Source of the DNA: Eledone cirrhosa
Lineage: Eukaryota
Length of the DNA: 64,000 nt
Direction of reading: 5' to 3'
Assembly: GCA_964016885.1 (NCBI GenBank)
Contig: OZ024740.1
Span: 415,834,001 to 415,898,000 of the forward strand
The notes beneath the pieces are model-generated. The model saw only the letters and a program-made list of their open reading frames with translations. It made no database searches and had not been told where the DNA came from. This document shows positions 22,001 through 37,000 of this stretch, piece after piece. The number at the start of each line of letters is the position of its first letter. Within the stretch, counting starts at the first letter, position 1. The translations under genes and the position numbers were made by a program.

Positions 22001-25000
22001 AATTGCTAAATTTATTTACTACTCAAACCTTTAGAATTGCTAAATTTATTTACTACTCAAACCTTTAGAATTGCTAAATTTATTCACTACTCAAACTTTT
22101 AGAATTGCTCAAATTATTTACTACTCACACCTTTAGAATTGCTAAATTTATTTACTATTCAAACCTTTAGAATTGCTAAATTTATTTACTACTCAAAACT
22201 TTAGAATTGCTAAATGTATTTACTACTCATACCTTTAGAATTGCTAAATTTATTTACTACTCAAACCTTTAGAATTGCTAAATTTATTTACTACTCAAAC
22301 CTTTAGAATTGCTAAATTTATTCACTACTCAAACCTTTAGAATTGCTAAATTTATTCACTACTCAAACTTTTAGAATTGCTCAAATTATTTACTACTCAA
22401 ACCTTTAGAATTGCTAAATTTATTTACTATTCAAATCTTTAGAATTGCTAAATTTATTTACTACTCAAACCTTTAGAATTTCTAAATGTATTTACTACTC
22501 ACAACTTTAGAATTGCTAAATTTATTTACTACTCAAACCTTTAGAATTGCTAAATTTATTAACTATTCAAACCTTTAGAATTGATAAATTTATTTACTAC
22601 TCAAACCTTTAGAATTGCTAAATTTATGAACTACTCAAACCTTTAGAATTGCTAAATTTATTAACTACTCAAACCTTTAGAATTGCTAAATTTATTCACT
22701 ACTCAAACCTTTAGAATTGCTAAATTTATTCACTACTCAAACCTTTAGAATTGCTAAATTTATTTACTACTCAAACCTTTAGAATTGCTAAATGTATTTA
22801 CTACTCACACCTTTAGAATTGCTAAATTTATTTACTACTCAAACCTTTAGAATTGCTAAATTTATTTACTACTCAAACCTTTAGAATTGCTAAATTTATT
22901 CACTACTCAAACCTTTAGAATTGCTAAATTTATTCACTACTCAAACTTTTAGAATTGCTCAAATTATTTACTACTCAAACCTTTAGAATTGCTAAATTTA
23001 TTTACTATTCAAACCTTTAGAATTGCTAAATTTATTTACTACTCAAACCTTTAGAATTGCTAAATGTATTTACTACTCACACCTTTAGAATTGCTAAATT
23101 TATTTACTACTCAAACCTTTAGAATTGCTAAATTTATTTACTACTCAAACCTTTAGAATTGCTAAATTTATTCACTACTCAAACTTTTAGAATTGCTCAA
23201 ATTATTTACTACTCACACCTTTAGAATTGCTAAATTTATTTACTATTCAAACCTTTAGAATTGATGAATTTATTTACTACTCAAACCTTTAGAATTGCTA
23301 AATTTATTTATTACTCAAACCTTTAGAATTGCTAAATTTATTACTACTCAAACCTTTAGAATTGCTAAATTTATTAACTACTCAAACCTTTAGAATTGCT
23401 AAATTTATTTACTACTCAAACCTTTAGAATTGCTCAATTTATTCACTACTCAAACCTTTAGAATTGCTAAATTTATTCACTACTCAAACCTTTTGAATTG
23501 CTAAATTTATTTACTACTCAAACCTTTAGAATTGCTAAATTTATTTACTATTCAAACCTTTAGAATTGCTAAATTTATTTTCTAGTCACACCTTTAGAAT
23601 TGCTAAATGTATTTACTACTCACACCTTTAGAATTGCTAAATTTATTTACTAATCAAACCTTTAGTATTGCTAAATTAATTTACTATTCAAACCTTTAGA
23701 ATTGCTAAATTTATTTACTAGTCACACCTTTAGAATTGCTAAATGTATTTACTACTCATACCTTTAGAATTGCTAAATTTATTTACTACTCAACCTTTAG
23801 AATTGCTAAATTTATTTACTACTCAAACCTTTAGAATTGCTAAATTTATTTACTATTCAAACCTTTAGAATTGCTAAATTTATTAACTACTCAAACCTTT
23901 AGAATCGCTAAATGTATTTACTACTCAAACCTTTGGTATTGCTAAATTTATTACTACTCAAACCTTTAGAATTGCTAAATTTATTAACTACTCAAACCTT
24001 TAGAATTGCTAAATTTATTTACTACTCAAACCTTTAGAATTGGTAAATTTATTCACTACTCAAACCTTTAGAATTGCTAAATTTATTTACTACTCAAACC
24101 TTTAGAATTGCTAAATTTATTCACTACTCAAACCTTTAGAATTGCTAAATTTATTCACTACTCAAACTTTTAGAATTGCTCAAATTATTTACTACTCAAA
24201 CCTTTAGAATTGCTAAATTTATTTACTATTCAAACCTTTAGAATTGCTAAATTTATTTACTACTCAAACCTTTAGAATTGCTAAATGTATTTACTACTCA
24301 CACCTTTAGAATTGCTAAATTTATTTACTACTCAAACCTTTAGAATTGCTAAATTTATTTACTACTCAAACCTTTAGAATTGCTAAATTTATTCACTACT
24401 CAAACTTTTAGAATTGCTCAAATTATTTACTACTCACACCTTTAGAATTGCTAAATTTATTTACTATTCAAACCTTTAGAATTGCTAAATTTATTTACTA
24501 CTCAAAACTTTAGAATTGCTAAATGTATTTACTACTCATACCTTTAGAATTGCTAAATTTATTTACTACTCAAACCTTTAGAATTGCTAAATTTATTTAC
24601 TACTCAAACCTTTAGAATTGCTAAATTTATTCACTACTCAAACCTTTAGAATTGCTAAATTTATTCACTACTCAAACTTTTAGAATTGCTCAAATTATTT
24701 ACTACTCAAACCTTTAGAATTGCTAAATTTATTTACTATTCAAATCTTTAGAATTGCTAAATTTATTTACTACTCAAACCTTTAGAATTTCTAAATGTAT
24801 TTACTACTCACAACTTTAGAATTGCTAAATTTATTTACTACTCAAACCTTTAGAATTGCTAAATTTATTAACTATTCAAACCTTTAGAATTGATAAATTT
24901 ATTTACTACTCAAACCTTTAGAATTGCTAAATTTATGAACTACTCAAACCTTTAGAATTGCTAAATTTATTAACTACTCAAACCTTTAGAATTGCTAAAT

Positions 25001-28000
25001 TTATTCACTACTCAAACCTTTAGAATTGCTAAATTTATTCACTACTCAAACCTTTAGAATTGCTAAATTTATTTACTACTCAAACCTTTAGAATTGCTAA
25101 ATGTATTTACTACTCACACCTTTAGAATTGCTAAATTTATTTACTACTCAAACCTTTAGAATTGCTAAATTTATTTACTACTCAAACCTTTAGAATTGCT
25201 AAATTTATTCACTACTCAAACCTTTAGAATTGCTAAATTTATTCACTACTCAAACTTTTAGAATTGCTCAAATTATTTACTACTCAAACCTTTAGAATTG
25301 CTAAATTTATTTACTATTCAAACCTTTAGAATTGCTAAATTTATTTACTACTCAAACCTTTAGAATTGCTAAATGTATTTACTACTCACACCTTTAGAAT
25401 TGCTAAATTTATTTACTACTCAAACCTTTAGAATTGCTAAATTTATTTACTACTCAAACCTTTAGAATTGCTAAATTTATTCACTACTCAAACTTTTAGA
25501 ATTGCTCAAATTATTTACTACTCACACCTTTAGAATTGCTAAATTTATTTACTATTCAAACCTTTAGAATTGCTAAATTTATTTACTACTCAAACCTTTA
25601 GAATTGCTAAATGTATTTACTACTCATACCTTTAGAATTGCTAAATTTATTTACTACTCAAACCTTTAGAATTGCTAAATTTATTTACTACTCAAACCTT
25701 TAGAATTGCTAAATTTATTCACTACTCAAACCTTTAGAATTGCTAAATTTATTCACTACTCAAACTTTTAGAATTGCTCAAATTATTTACTACTCAAACC
25801 TTTAGAATTGCTAAATTTATTTACTATTCAAATCTTTAGAATTGCTAAATTTATTTACTACTCAAACCTTTAGAATTTCTAAATGTATTTACTACTCAAA
25901 CCTTTAGAATTGCTAAATTTATTAACTATTCAAACCTTTAGAATTGATAAATTTATTTACTACTCAAACCTTTAGAATTGCTAAATTTATGAACTACTCA
26001 AACCTTTAGAATTGCTAAATTTATTAACTACTCAAACCTTTAGAATTGCTAAATTTATTCACTACTCAAACCTTTAGAATTGCTAAATTTATTCACTACT
26101 CAAACCTTTAGAATTGCTAAATTTATTTACTACTCAAACCTTTAGAATTGCTAAATGTATTTACTACTCACACCTTTAGAATTGCTAAATTTATTTACTA
26201 CTCAAACCTTTAGAATTGCTAAATTTATTTACTACTCAAACCTTTAGAATTGCTAAATTTATTCACTACTCAAACTTTTAGAATTGCTCAAATTATTTAC
26301 TACTCACACCTTTAGAATTGCTAAATTTATTTACTATTCAAACCTTTAGAATTGCTAAATTTATTTACTACTCAAACCTTTAGAATTGCTAAATGTATTT
26401 ACTACTCATACCTTTAGAATTGCTAAATTTATTTACTACTCAAACCTTTAGAATTGCTAAATTTATTTACTACTCAAACCTTTAGAATTGCTAAATTTAT
26501 TCAATACACAAACCTTTAGAATTGCTAAATTTATTCACTACTCAAACTTTTAGAATTGCTCAAATTATTTACTACTCAAACCTTTAGAATTGCTAAATTT
26601 ATTTACTATTCAAACCTTTAGAATTGCTAAATGTATTTACTACTCACACCTTTAGAATTGCTAAATTTATTTACTACTTAAACCTTTAGAATTGCTAAAT
26701 TTATTTACTACTCAAACCTTTAGAATTGCTAAATTTATTCACCACTCAAACTTTTAGAATTGCTCAAATTATTTACTACTCACACCTTTAGAATTGCTAA
26801 ATTTATTTACTATTCAAACCTTTAGAATTGCTAAATTTATTTACTACTCAAACCTTTAGAATTGCTAAATGTATTTACTACTCATACCTTTAGAATTGCT
26901 AAATTTATTTACTACTCAAACCTTTAGAATTGCTAAATTTATTAACTATTCAAACCTATAGAATTGCTAAAATTATTTACTACTCAAACCTTTAGAATTG
27001 CTAAATTTATTTACTACTCAAACCTTTAGAATTGCTAAATTTATTTACTATTCAAACCTTTAGAATTGCTAAATTTATTAACTACTCAAACCTTTAGAAT
27101 TGCTAAATTTATTTACTATTCAAACCTTTAGAATTGCTAAATTTATTAACTACTCAAACCTTTAGAATCGCTAAATCTATTTACTACTCAAACCTTTGGT
27201 ATTGCTAAATTTATTAACTACTCAAACCTTTAGAATTGCTAAATTTATTTACTACTCAAACCTTTAGAATTGCTAAATTTATTCACTACTCAAACCTTTA
27301 GAATTGCTAAATTTATTCACTACTCAAACTTTTAGAATTGCTCAAATTATTTACTACTCAAACCTTTAGAATTGCTAAATTTATTTACTATTCAAACCTT
27401 TAGAATTGCTAAATTTATATACTACTCAAACCTTTAGAATTTCTAAATGTATTTACTACTCACAACTTTAGAATTGCTAAATTTATTTACTACTCAAACC
27501 TTTAGTATTGCTAAATTTATTTACTACTCAAACCTTTAGAATTGCTAAATTTATTAACTATTCAAACCTTTAGAATTGATAAATTTATTTACTACTCAAA
27601 CCTTTAGAATTGCTAAATTTATGAACTACTCAAACCTTTAGAATTGCTAAATATATTCACTACTCAAACCTTTAGAATTGCTAAATTAATTTACTACTCA
27701 AACCTTTAGAATTGCTAAATTTATTAACTATTCAAACCTATAGAATTGCTAAAATAATTTACTACTCAAACCTTTAGAATTGCTAAATTTATTTACTATT
27801 CAAACCTTTAGAATTGATGAATTTATTTACTACTCAAACCTTTAGAATTGCTAAATTTATTTATTACTCAAACCTTTAGAATTGCTAAATTTATTACTAC
27901 TCAAACCTTTAGAATTGCTAAATTTATTAACTACTCAAACCTTTAGAATTGCTAAATTTATTTACTACTCAAACCTTTAGAATTGCTCAATTTATTCACT

Positions 28001-31000
28001 ACTCAAACCTTTAGAATTGCTAAATTTATTCACTACTCAAACCTTTTGAATTGCTAAATTTATTTACTACTCAAACCTTTAGAATTGCTAAATTTATTTA
28101 ATATTCAAACCTTTAGAATTGCTAAATTTATTTTCTAGTCACACCTTTAGAATTGCTAAATGTATTTACTACTCACACCTTTAGAATTGCTAAATTTATT
28201 TACTAATCAAACCTTTAGTATTGCTAAATTAATTTACTATTCAAACCTTTAGAATTGCTAAATTTATTTACTAGTCACACCTTTAGAATTGCTAAATGTA
28301 TTTACTACTCATACCTTTAGAATTGCTAAATTTATTTACTACTCAACCTTTAGAATTGCTAAATTTATTTACTACTCAAACCTTTAGAATTGCTAAATTT
28401 ATTTACTATTCAAACCTTTAGAATTGCTAAATTTATTAACTACTCAAACCTTTAGAATCGCTAAATGTATTTACTACTCAAACCTTTGGTATTGCTAAAT
28501 TTATTACTACTCAAACCTTTAGAATTGCTAAATTTATTAACTACTCAAACCTTTAGAATTGCTAAATTTATTTACTACTCAAACCTTTAGAATTGGTAAA
28601 TTTATTCACTACTCAAACCTTTAGAATTGCTAAATTTATTTACTACTCAAACCTTTAGAATTGCTAAATTTATTCACTACTCAAACCTTTAGAATTGCTA
28701 AATTTATTCACTACTCAAACTTTTAGAATTGCTCAAATTATTTACTACTCAAACCTTTAGAATTGCTAAATTTATTTACTATTCAAACCTTTAGAATTGC
28801 TAAATTTATTTACTACTCAAACCTTTAGAATTGCTAAATGTATTTACTACTCACACCTTTAGAATTGCTAAATTTATTTACTACTCAAACCTTTAGAATT
28901 GCTAAATTTATTTACTACTCAAACCTTTAGAATTGCTAAATTTATTCACTACTCAAACTTTTAGAATTGCTCAAATTATTTACTACTCACACCTTTAGAA
29001 TTGCTAAATTTATTTACTATTCAAACCTTTAGAATTGCTAAATTTATTTACTACTCAAAACTTTAGAATTGCTAAATGTATTTACTACTCATACCTTTAG
29101 AATTGCTAAATTTATTTACTACTCAAACCTTTAGAATTGCTAAATTTATTTACTACTCAAACCTTTAGAATTGCTAAATTTATTCACTACTCACACCTTT
29201 AGAATTGCTAAATTTATTCACTACTCAAACTTTTAGAATTGCTCAAATTATTTACTACTCAAACCTTTAGAATTGCTAAATTTATTTACTATTCAAATCT
29301 TTAGAATTGCTAAATTTATTTACTACTCAAACCTTTAGAATTTCTAAATGTATTTACTACTCACAACTTTAGAATTGCTAAATTTATTTACTACTCAAAC
29401 CTTTAGAATTGCTAAATTTATTAACTATTCAAACCTTTAGAATTGATAAATTTATTTACTACTCAAACCTTTAGAATTGCTAAATTTATGAACTACTCAA
29501 ACCTTTAGAATTGCTAAATTTATTAACTACTCAAACCTTTAGAATTGCTAAATTTATTCACTACTCAAACCTTTAGAATTGCTAAATTTATTCACTACTC
29601 AAACCTTTAGAATTGCTAAATTTATTTACTACTCAAACCTTTAGAATTGCTAAATGTATTTACTACTCACACCTTTAGAATTGCTAAATTTATTTACTAC
29701 TCAAACCTTTAGAATTGCTAAATTTATTTACTACTCAAACCTTTAGAATTGCTAAATTTATTCACTACTCAAACCTTTAGAATTGCTAAATTTATTCACT
29801 ACTCAAACTTTTAGAATTGCTCAAATTATTTACTACTCAAACCTTTAGAATTGCTAAATTTATTTACTATTCAAACCTTTAGAATTGCTAAATTTATTTA
29901 CTACTCAAACCTTTAGAATTGCTAAATGTATTTACTACTCACACCTTTAGAATTGCTAAATTTATTTACTACTCAAACCTTTAGAATTGCTAAATTTATT
30001 TACTACTCAAACCTTTAGAATTGCTAAATTTATTCACTACTCAAACTTTTAGAATTGCTCAAATTATTTACTACTCACACCTTTAGAATTGCTAAATTTA
30101 TTTACTATTCAAACCTTTAGAATTGCTAAATTTATTTACTACTCAAACCTTTAGAATTGCTAAATGTATTTACTACTCATACCTTTAGAATTGCTAAATT
30201 TATTTACTACTCAAACCTTTAGAATTGCTAAATTTATTTACTACTCAAACCTTTAGAATTGCTAAATTTATTCACTACTCAAACCTTTAGAATTGCTAAA
30301 TTTATTCACTACTCAAACTTTTAGAATTGCTCAAATTATTTACTACTCAAACCTTTAGAATTGCTAAATTTATTTACTATTCAAATCTTTAGAATTGCTA
30401 AATTTATTTACTACTCAAACCTTTAGAATTTCTAAATGTATTTACTACTCAAACCTTTAGAATTGCTAAATTTATTAACTATTCAAACCTTTAGAATTGA
30501 TAAATTTATTTACTACTCAAACCTTTAGAATTGCTAAATTTATGAACTACTCAAACCTTTAGAATTGCTAAATTTATTAACTACTCAAACCTTTAGAATT
30601 GCTAAATTTATTCACTACTCAAACCTTTAGAATTGCTAAATTTATTCACTACTCAAACCTTTAGAATTGCTAAATTTATTTACTACTCAAACCTTTAGAA
30701 TTGCTAAATGTATTTACTACTCACACCTTTAGAATTGCTAAATTTATTTACTACTCAAACCTTTAGAATTGCTAAATTTATTTACTACTCAAACCTTTAG
30801 AATTGCTAAATTTATTCACTACTCAAACTTTTAGAATTGCTCAAATTATTTACTACTCACACCTTTAGAATTGCTAAATTTATTTACTATTCAAACCTTT
30901 AGAATTGCTAAATTTATTTACTACTCAAACCTTTAGAATTGCTAAATGTATTTACTACTCATACCTTTAGAATTGCTAAATTTATTTACTACTCAAACCT

Positions 31001-34000
31001 TTAGAATTGCTAAATTTATTTACTACTCAAACCTTTAGAATTGCTAAATTTATTCAATACACAAACCTTTAGAATTGCTAAATTTATTCACTACTCAAAC
31101 TTTTAGAATTGCTCAAATTATTTACTACTCAAACCTTTAGAATTGCTAAATTTATTTACTATTCAAACCTTTAGAATTGCTAAATGTATTTACTACTCAC
31201 ACCTTTAGAATTGCTAAATTTATTTACTACTCAAACCTTTAGAATTGCTAAATTTATTTACTACTCAAACCTTTAGAATTGCTAAATTTATTCACTACTC
31301 AAACTTTTAGAATTGCTCAAATTATTTACTACTCACACCTTTAGAATTGCTAAATTTATTTACTATTCAAACCTTTAGAATTGCTAAATTTATTTACTAC
31401 TCAAACCTTTAGAATTGCTAAATGTATTTACTACTCATACCTTTAGAATTGCTAAATTTATTTACTACTCAAACCTTTAGAATTGCTAAATTTATTTACT
31501 ACTCAAACCTTTAGAATTGCTAAATTTATTCACTACACAAACCTTTAGAATTGCTAAATTTATTCACTACTCAAACTTTTAGAATTGCTCAAATTATATA
31601 CTACTCAAACCTTTAGAATTGCTAAATTTATTTACTACTCAAACCTTTAGAATTGCTAAATTTATTAACTATTCAAACCTTTAGAATTGATAAATTTATT
31701 TACTACTCAAACCTTTAGAATTGCTAAATTTATGAACTACTCAAACCTTTAGAATTGCTAAATTTATTAACTACACAAACCTTTAGAATTGCTAAATTTA
31801 TTCACTACTCAAACCTTTAGAATTGCTAAATTTATTCACTACTCAAACCTTTAGAATTGATAAATTAATTTACTACTCAAACCTTTAGAATTGCTAAATT
31901 TATTAACTATTCAAACCTATAGAATTGCTAAAATTATTTACTACTCAAACCTTTAGAATTGCTAAATTTATTTACTACTCAAACCTTTAGAATTGCTAAA
32001 TTTATTTACTATTCAAACCTTTAGAATTGCTAAATTTATTAACTACTCAAACCTTTAGAATCGCTAAATCTATTTACTACTCAAACCTTTGGTATTGCTA
32101 AATTTATTAACTACTCAAACCTTTAGAATTGCTAAATTTATTTACTACTCAAACCTTTAGAATTGCTAAATTTATTCACTACTCAAACCTTTAGAATTGC
32201 TAAATTTATTCACTACTCAAACTTTTAGAATTGCTCAAATTATTTACTACTCAAACCTTTAGAATTGCTAAATTTATTTACTATTCAAACCTTTAGAATT
32301 GCTAAATTTATATACTACTCAAACCTTTAGAATTTCTAAATGTATTTACTACTCACAACTTTAGAATTGCTAAATTTATTTACTACTCAAACCTTTAGTA
32401 TTGCTAAATTTATTTACTACTCAAACCTTTAGAATTGCTAAATTTATTAACTATTCAAACCTTTAGAATTGATAAATTTATTTACTACTCAAACCTTTAG
32501 AATTGCTAAATTTATGAACTACTCAAACCTTTAGAATTGCTAAATATATTCACTACTCAAACCTTTAGAATTGCTAAATTAATTTACTACTCAAACCTTT
32601 AGAATTGATAAATTTATTAACTATTCAAACCTATAGAATTGCTAAAATAATTTACTACTCAAACCTTTAGAATTGCTAAATTTATTTACTATTCAAACCT
32701 TTAGAATTGATGAATTTATTTACTACTCAAACCTTTAGAATTGCTAAATTTATTTATTACTCAAACCTTTAGAATTGCTAAATTTATTACTACTCAAACC
32801 TTTAGAATTGCTAAATTTATTAACTACTCAAACCTTTAGTATTGCTAAATTTATTTACTACTCAAACCTTTAGAATTGCTCAATTTATTCACTACTCAAA
32901 CCTTTAGAATTGCTAAATTTATTCACTACTCAAACCTTTTGAATTGCTAAATTTATTTACTACTCAAACCTTTAGAATTGCTAAATTTATTTACTATTCA
33001 AACCTTTAGAATTGCTAAATTTATTTTCTAGTCACACCTTTAGAATTGCTAAATGTATTTACTACTCACACCTTTAGAATTGCTAAATTTATTTACTAAT
33101 CAAACCTTTAGTATTGCTAAATTAATTTACTATTCAAACCTTTAGAATTGCTAAATTTATTTACTAGTCACACCTTTAGAATTGCTAAATGTATTTACTA
33201 CTCATACCTTTAGAATTGCTAAATTTATTTACTACTCAACCTTTAGAATTGCTAAATTTATTTACTACTCAAACCTTTAGAATTGCTAAATTTATTTACT
33301 ATTCAAACCTTTAGAATTGCTAAATTTATTAACTACTCAAACCTTTAGAATCGCTAAATGTATTTACTACTCAAACCTTTGGTATTGCTAAATTTATTAC
33401 TACTCAAACCTTTAGAATTGCTAAATTTATTAACTACTCAAACCTTTAGAATTGCTAAATTTATTTACTACTCAAACCTTTAGAATTGGTAAATTTATTC
33501 ACTACTCAAACCTTTAGAATTGCTAAATTTATTTACTACTCAAACCTTTAGAATTGCTAAATTTATTCACTACTCAAACCTTTAGAATTGCTAAATTTAT
33601 TCACTACTCAAACTTTTAGAATTGCTCAAATTATTTACTACTCAAACCTTTAGAATTGCTAAATTTATTTACTATTCAAACCTTTAGAATTGCTAAATTT
33701 ATTTACTACTCAAACCTTTACAATTGCTAAATGTATTTACTACTCACACCTTTAGAATTGCTAAATTTATTTACTACTCAAACCTTTAGAATTGCTAAAT
33801 TTATTTACTACTCAAACCTTTAGAATTGCTAAATTTATTCACTACTCAAACTTTTAGAATTGCTCAAATTATTTACTACTCACACCTTTAGAATTGCTAA
33901 ATTTATTTACTATTCAAACCTTTAGAATTGCTAAATTTATTTACTACTCAAACCTTTAGAATTGCTAAATGTATTTACTACTCATACCTTTAGAATTGCT

Positions 34001-37000
34001 AAATTTATTTACTACTCAAACCTTTAGAATTGCTAAATTTATTTACTACTCAAACCTTTAGAATTGCTAAATTTATTCACTACTCAAACCTTTAGAATTG
34101 CTAAATTTATTCACTACTCAAACTTTTAGAATTGCTCAAATTATTTACTACTCAAACCTTTAGAATTGCTAAATTTATTTACTATTCAAATCTTTAGAAT
34201 TGCTAAATTTATTTACTACTCAAACCTTTAGAATTTCTAAATGTATTTACTACTCACAACTTTAGAATTGCTAAATTTATTTACTACTCAAACCTTTAGA
34301 ATTGCTAAATTTATTAACTATTCAAACCTTTAGAATTGATAAATTTATTTACTACTCAAACCTTTAGAATTGCTAAATTTATGAACTACTCAAACCTTTA
34401 GAATTGCTAAATTTATTAACTACTCAAACCTTTAGAATTGCTAAATTTATTCACTACTCAAACCTTTAGAATTGCTAAATTTATTCTCTACTCAAACCTT
34501 TAGAATTGCTAAATTTATTTACTACTCAAACCTTTAGAATTGCTAAATGTATTTACTACTCACACCTTTAGAATTGCTAAATTTATTTACTACTCAAACC
34601 TTTAGAATTGCTAAATTTATTTACTACTCAAACCTTTAGAATTGCTAAATTTATTCACTACTCAAACTTTTAGAATTGCTCAAATTATTTACTACTCACA
34701 CCTTTAGAATTGCTAAATTTATTTACTATTCAAACCTTTAGAATTGCTAAATTTATTTACTACTCAAACCTTTAGAATTGCTAAATGTATTTACTACTCA
34801 TACCTTTAGAATTGCTAAATTTATTTACTACTCAAACCTTTAGAATTGCTAAATTTATTTACTACTCAAACCTTTAGAATTGCTAAATTTATTCAATACA
34901 CAAACCTTTAGAATTGCTAAATTTATTCACTACTCAAACTTTTAGAATTGCTCAAATTATTTACTACTCAAACCTTTAGAATTGCTAAATTTATTTACTA
35001 TTCAAATCTTTAGAATTGCTAAATTTATTTACTACTCACAACTTTAGAATTGCTAAATGTATTTACTACTCACAACTTTAGAATTGCTAAATTTATTTAC
35101 TACTCAAACCTTTAGAATTGCTAAATTTATTAACTATTCAAACCTTTAGAATTGATAAATTTATTTACTACTCAAACCTTTAGAATTGCTAAATTTATGA
35201 ACTACTCAAACCTTTAGAATTGCTAAATTTATTAACTACACAAACCTTTAGAATTGCTAAATTTATTCACTACTCAAACCTTTAGAATTGCTAAATTTAT
35301 TCACTACTCAAACCTTTAGAATTGATAAATTAATTTACTACTCAAACCTTTAGAATTGCTAAATTTATTAACTATTCAAACCTATAGAATTGCTAAAATT
35401 ATTTACTACTCAAACCTTTAGAATTGCTAAATTTATTTACTATTCAAACCTTTAGAATTGATGAATTTATTTACTACTCAAACCTTTAGAATTGCTAAAT
35501 TTATTTATTACTCAAACCTTTAGAATTGCTAAATTTATTACTACTCAAACCTTTAGAATTGCTAAATTTATTAACTACTCAAACCTTTAGAATTGCTACA
35601 TTTATTTACTACTCAAACCTTTAGAATTGCTCAATTTATTCACTACTCAAACCTTTAGAATTGCTAAATTTATTCACTACTCAAACCTTTAGAATTGCTA
35701 AATTTATTTACTATTCAAACCTTTAGAATTGCTAAATTTATTTTCTAGTCACACCTTTACAATTGCTAAATGTATTTAATACTCACACCTTTAGAATTGC
35801 TAAATTTATTTACTAATCAAACCTTTAGAATTGATGAATTTATTTACTACTCAAACCTTTAGAATTGCTAAATTTATTTATTACTCAAACCTTTAGAATT
35901 GCTAAATTTATTACTACTCAAACCTTTAGAATTGCTAAATTTATTAACTACTCAAACCTTTAGAATTGCTACATTTATTTACTACTCAAACCTTTAGAAT
36001 TGCTCAATTTATTCACTACTCAAACCTTTAGAATTGCTAAATTTATTCACTACTCAAACCTTTTGAATTGCTAAATTTATTTACTACTCAAACCTTTAGA
36101 ATTGCTAAATTTATTTACTATTCAAACCTTTAGAATTGCTAAATTTATTTTCTAGTCACACCTTTACAATTGCTAAATGTATTTAATACTCACACCTTTA
36201 GAATTGCTAAATTTATTTACTAATCAAACCTTTAGAATTGCTAAATTTATTACTACTCAAACCTTTAGAATTGCTACATTTATTCACTACTCAAACCTTT
36301 AGAATTGCTAAATTTATTTACTACTCAAACCTTTAGAATTGCTAAATTTATTCACTACTCAAACTTTTAGAATTGCTCAAATTATTTACTACTCACACCT
36401 TTAGAATTGCTAAATTTATTTACTATTCAAACCTTTAGAATTGCTAAATTTATTTACTACTCAAACCTTTAGAATTGCTAAATGTATTTACTACTCATAC
36501 CTTTAGAATTGCTAAATTTATTTACTACTCAAACCTTTAGAATTGCTAAATTTATTTACTACTCAAACCTTTAGAATTGCTAAATTTATTCACTACTCAA
36601 ACCTTTAGAATTGCTAAATTTATTCACTACTCAAACTTTTAGAATTGCTCAAATTATTTACTACTCAAACCTTTAGAATTGCTAAATTTATTTACTATTC
36701 AAATCTTTAGAATTGCTAAATTTATTTACTACTCAAACCTTTAGAATTTCTAAATGTATTTACTACTCACAACTTTAGAATTGCTAAATTTATTTACTAC
36801 TCAAACCTTTAGAATTGCTAAATTTATTAACTATTCAAACCTTTAGAATTGATAAATTTATTTACTACTCAAACCTTTAGAATTGCTAAATTTATGAACT
36901 ACTCAAACCTTTAGAATTGCTAAATTTATTAACTACTCAAACCTTTAGAATTGCTAAATTTATTCACTACTCAAACCTTTAGAATTGCTAAATTTATTCA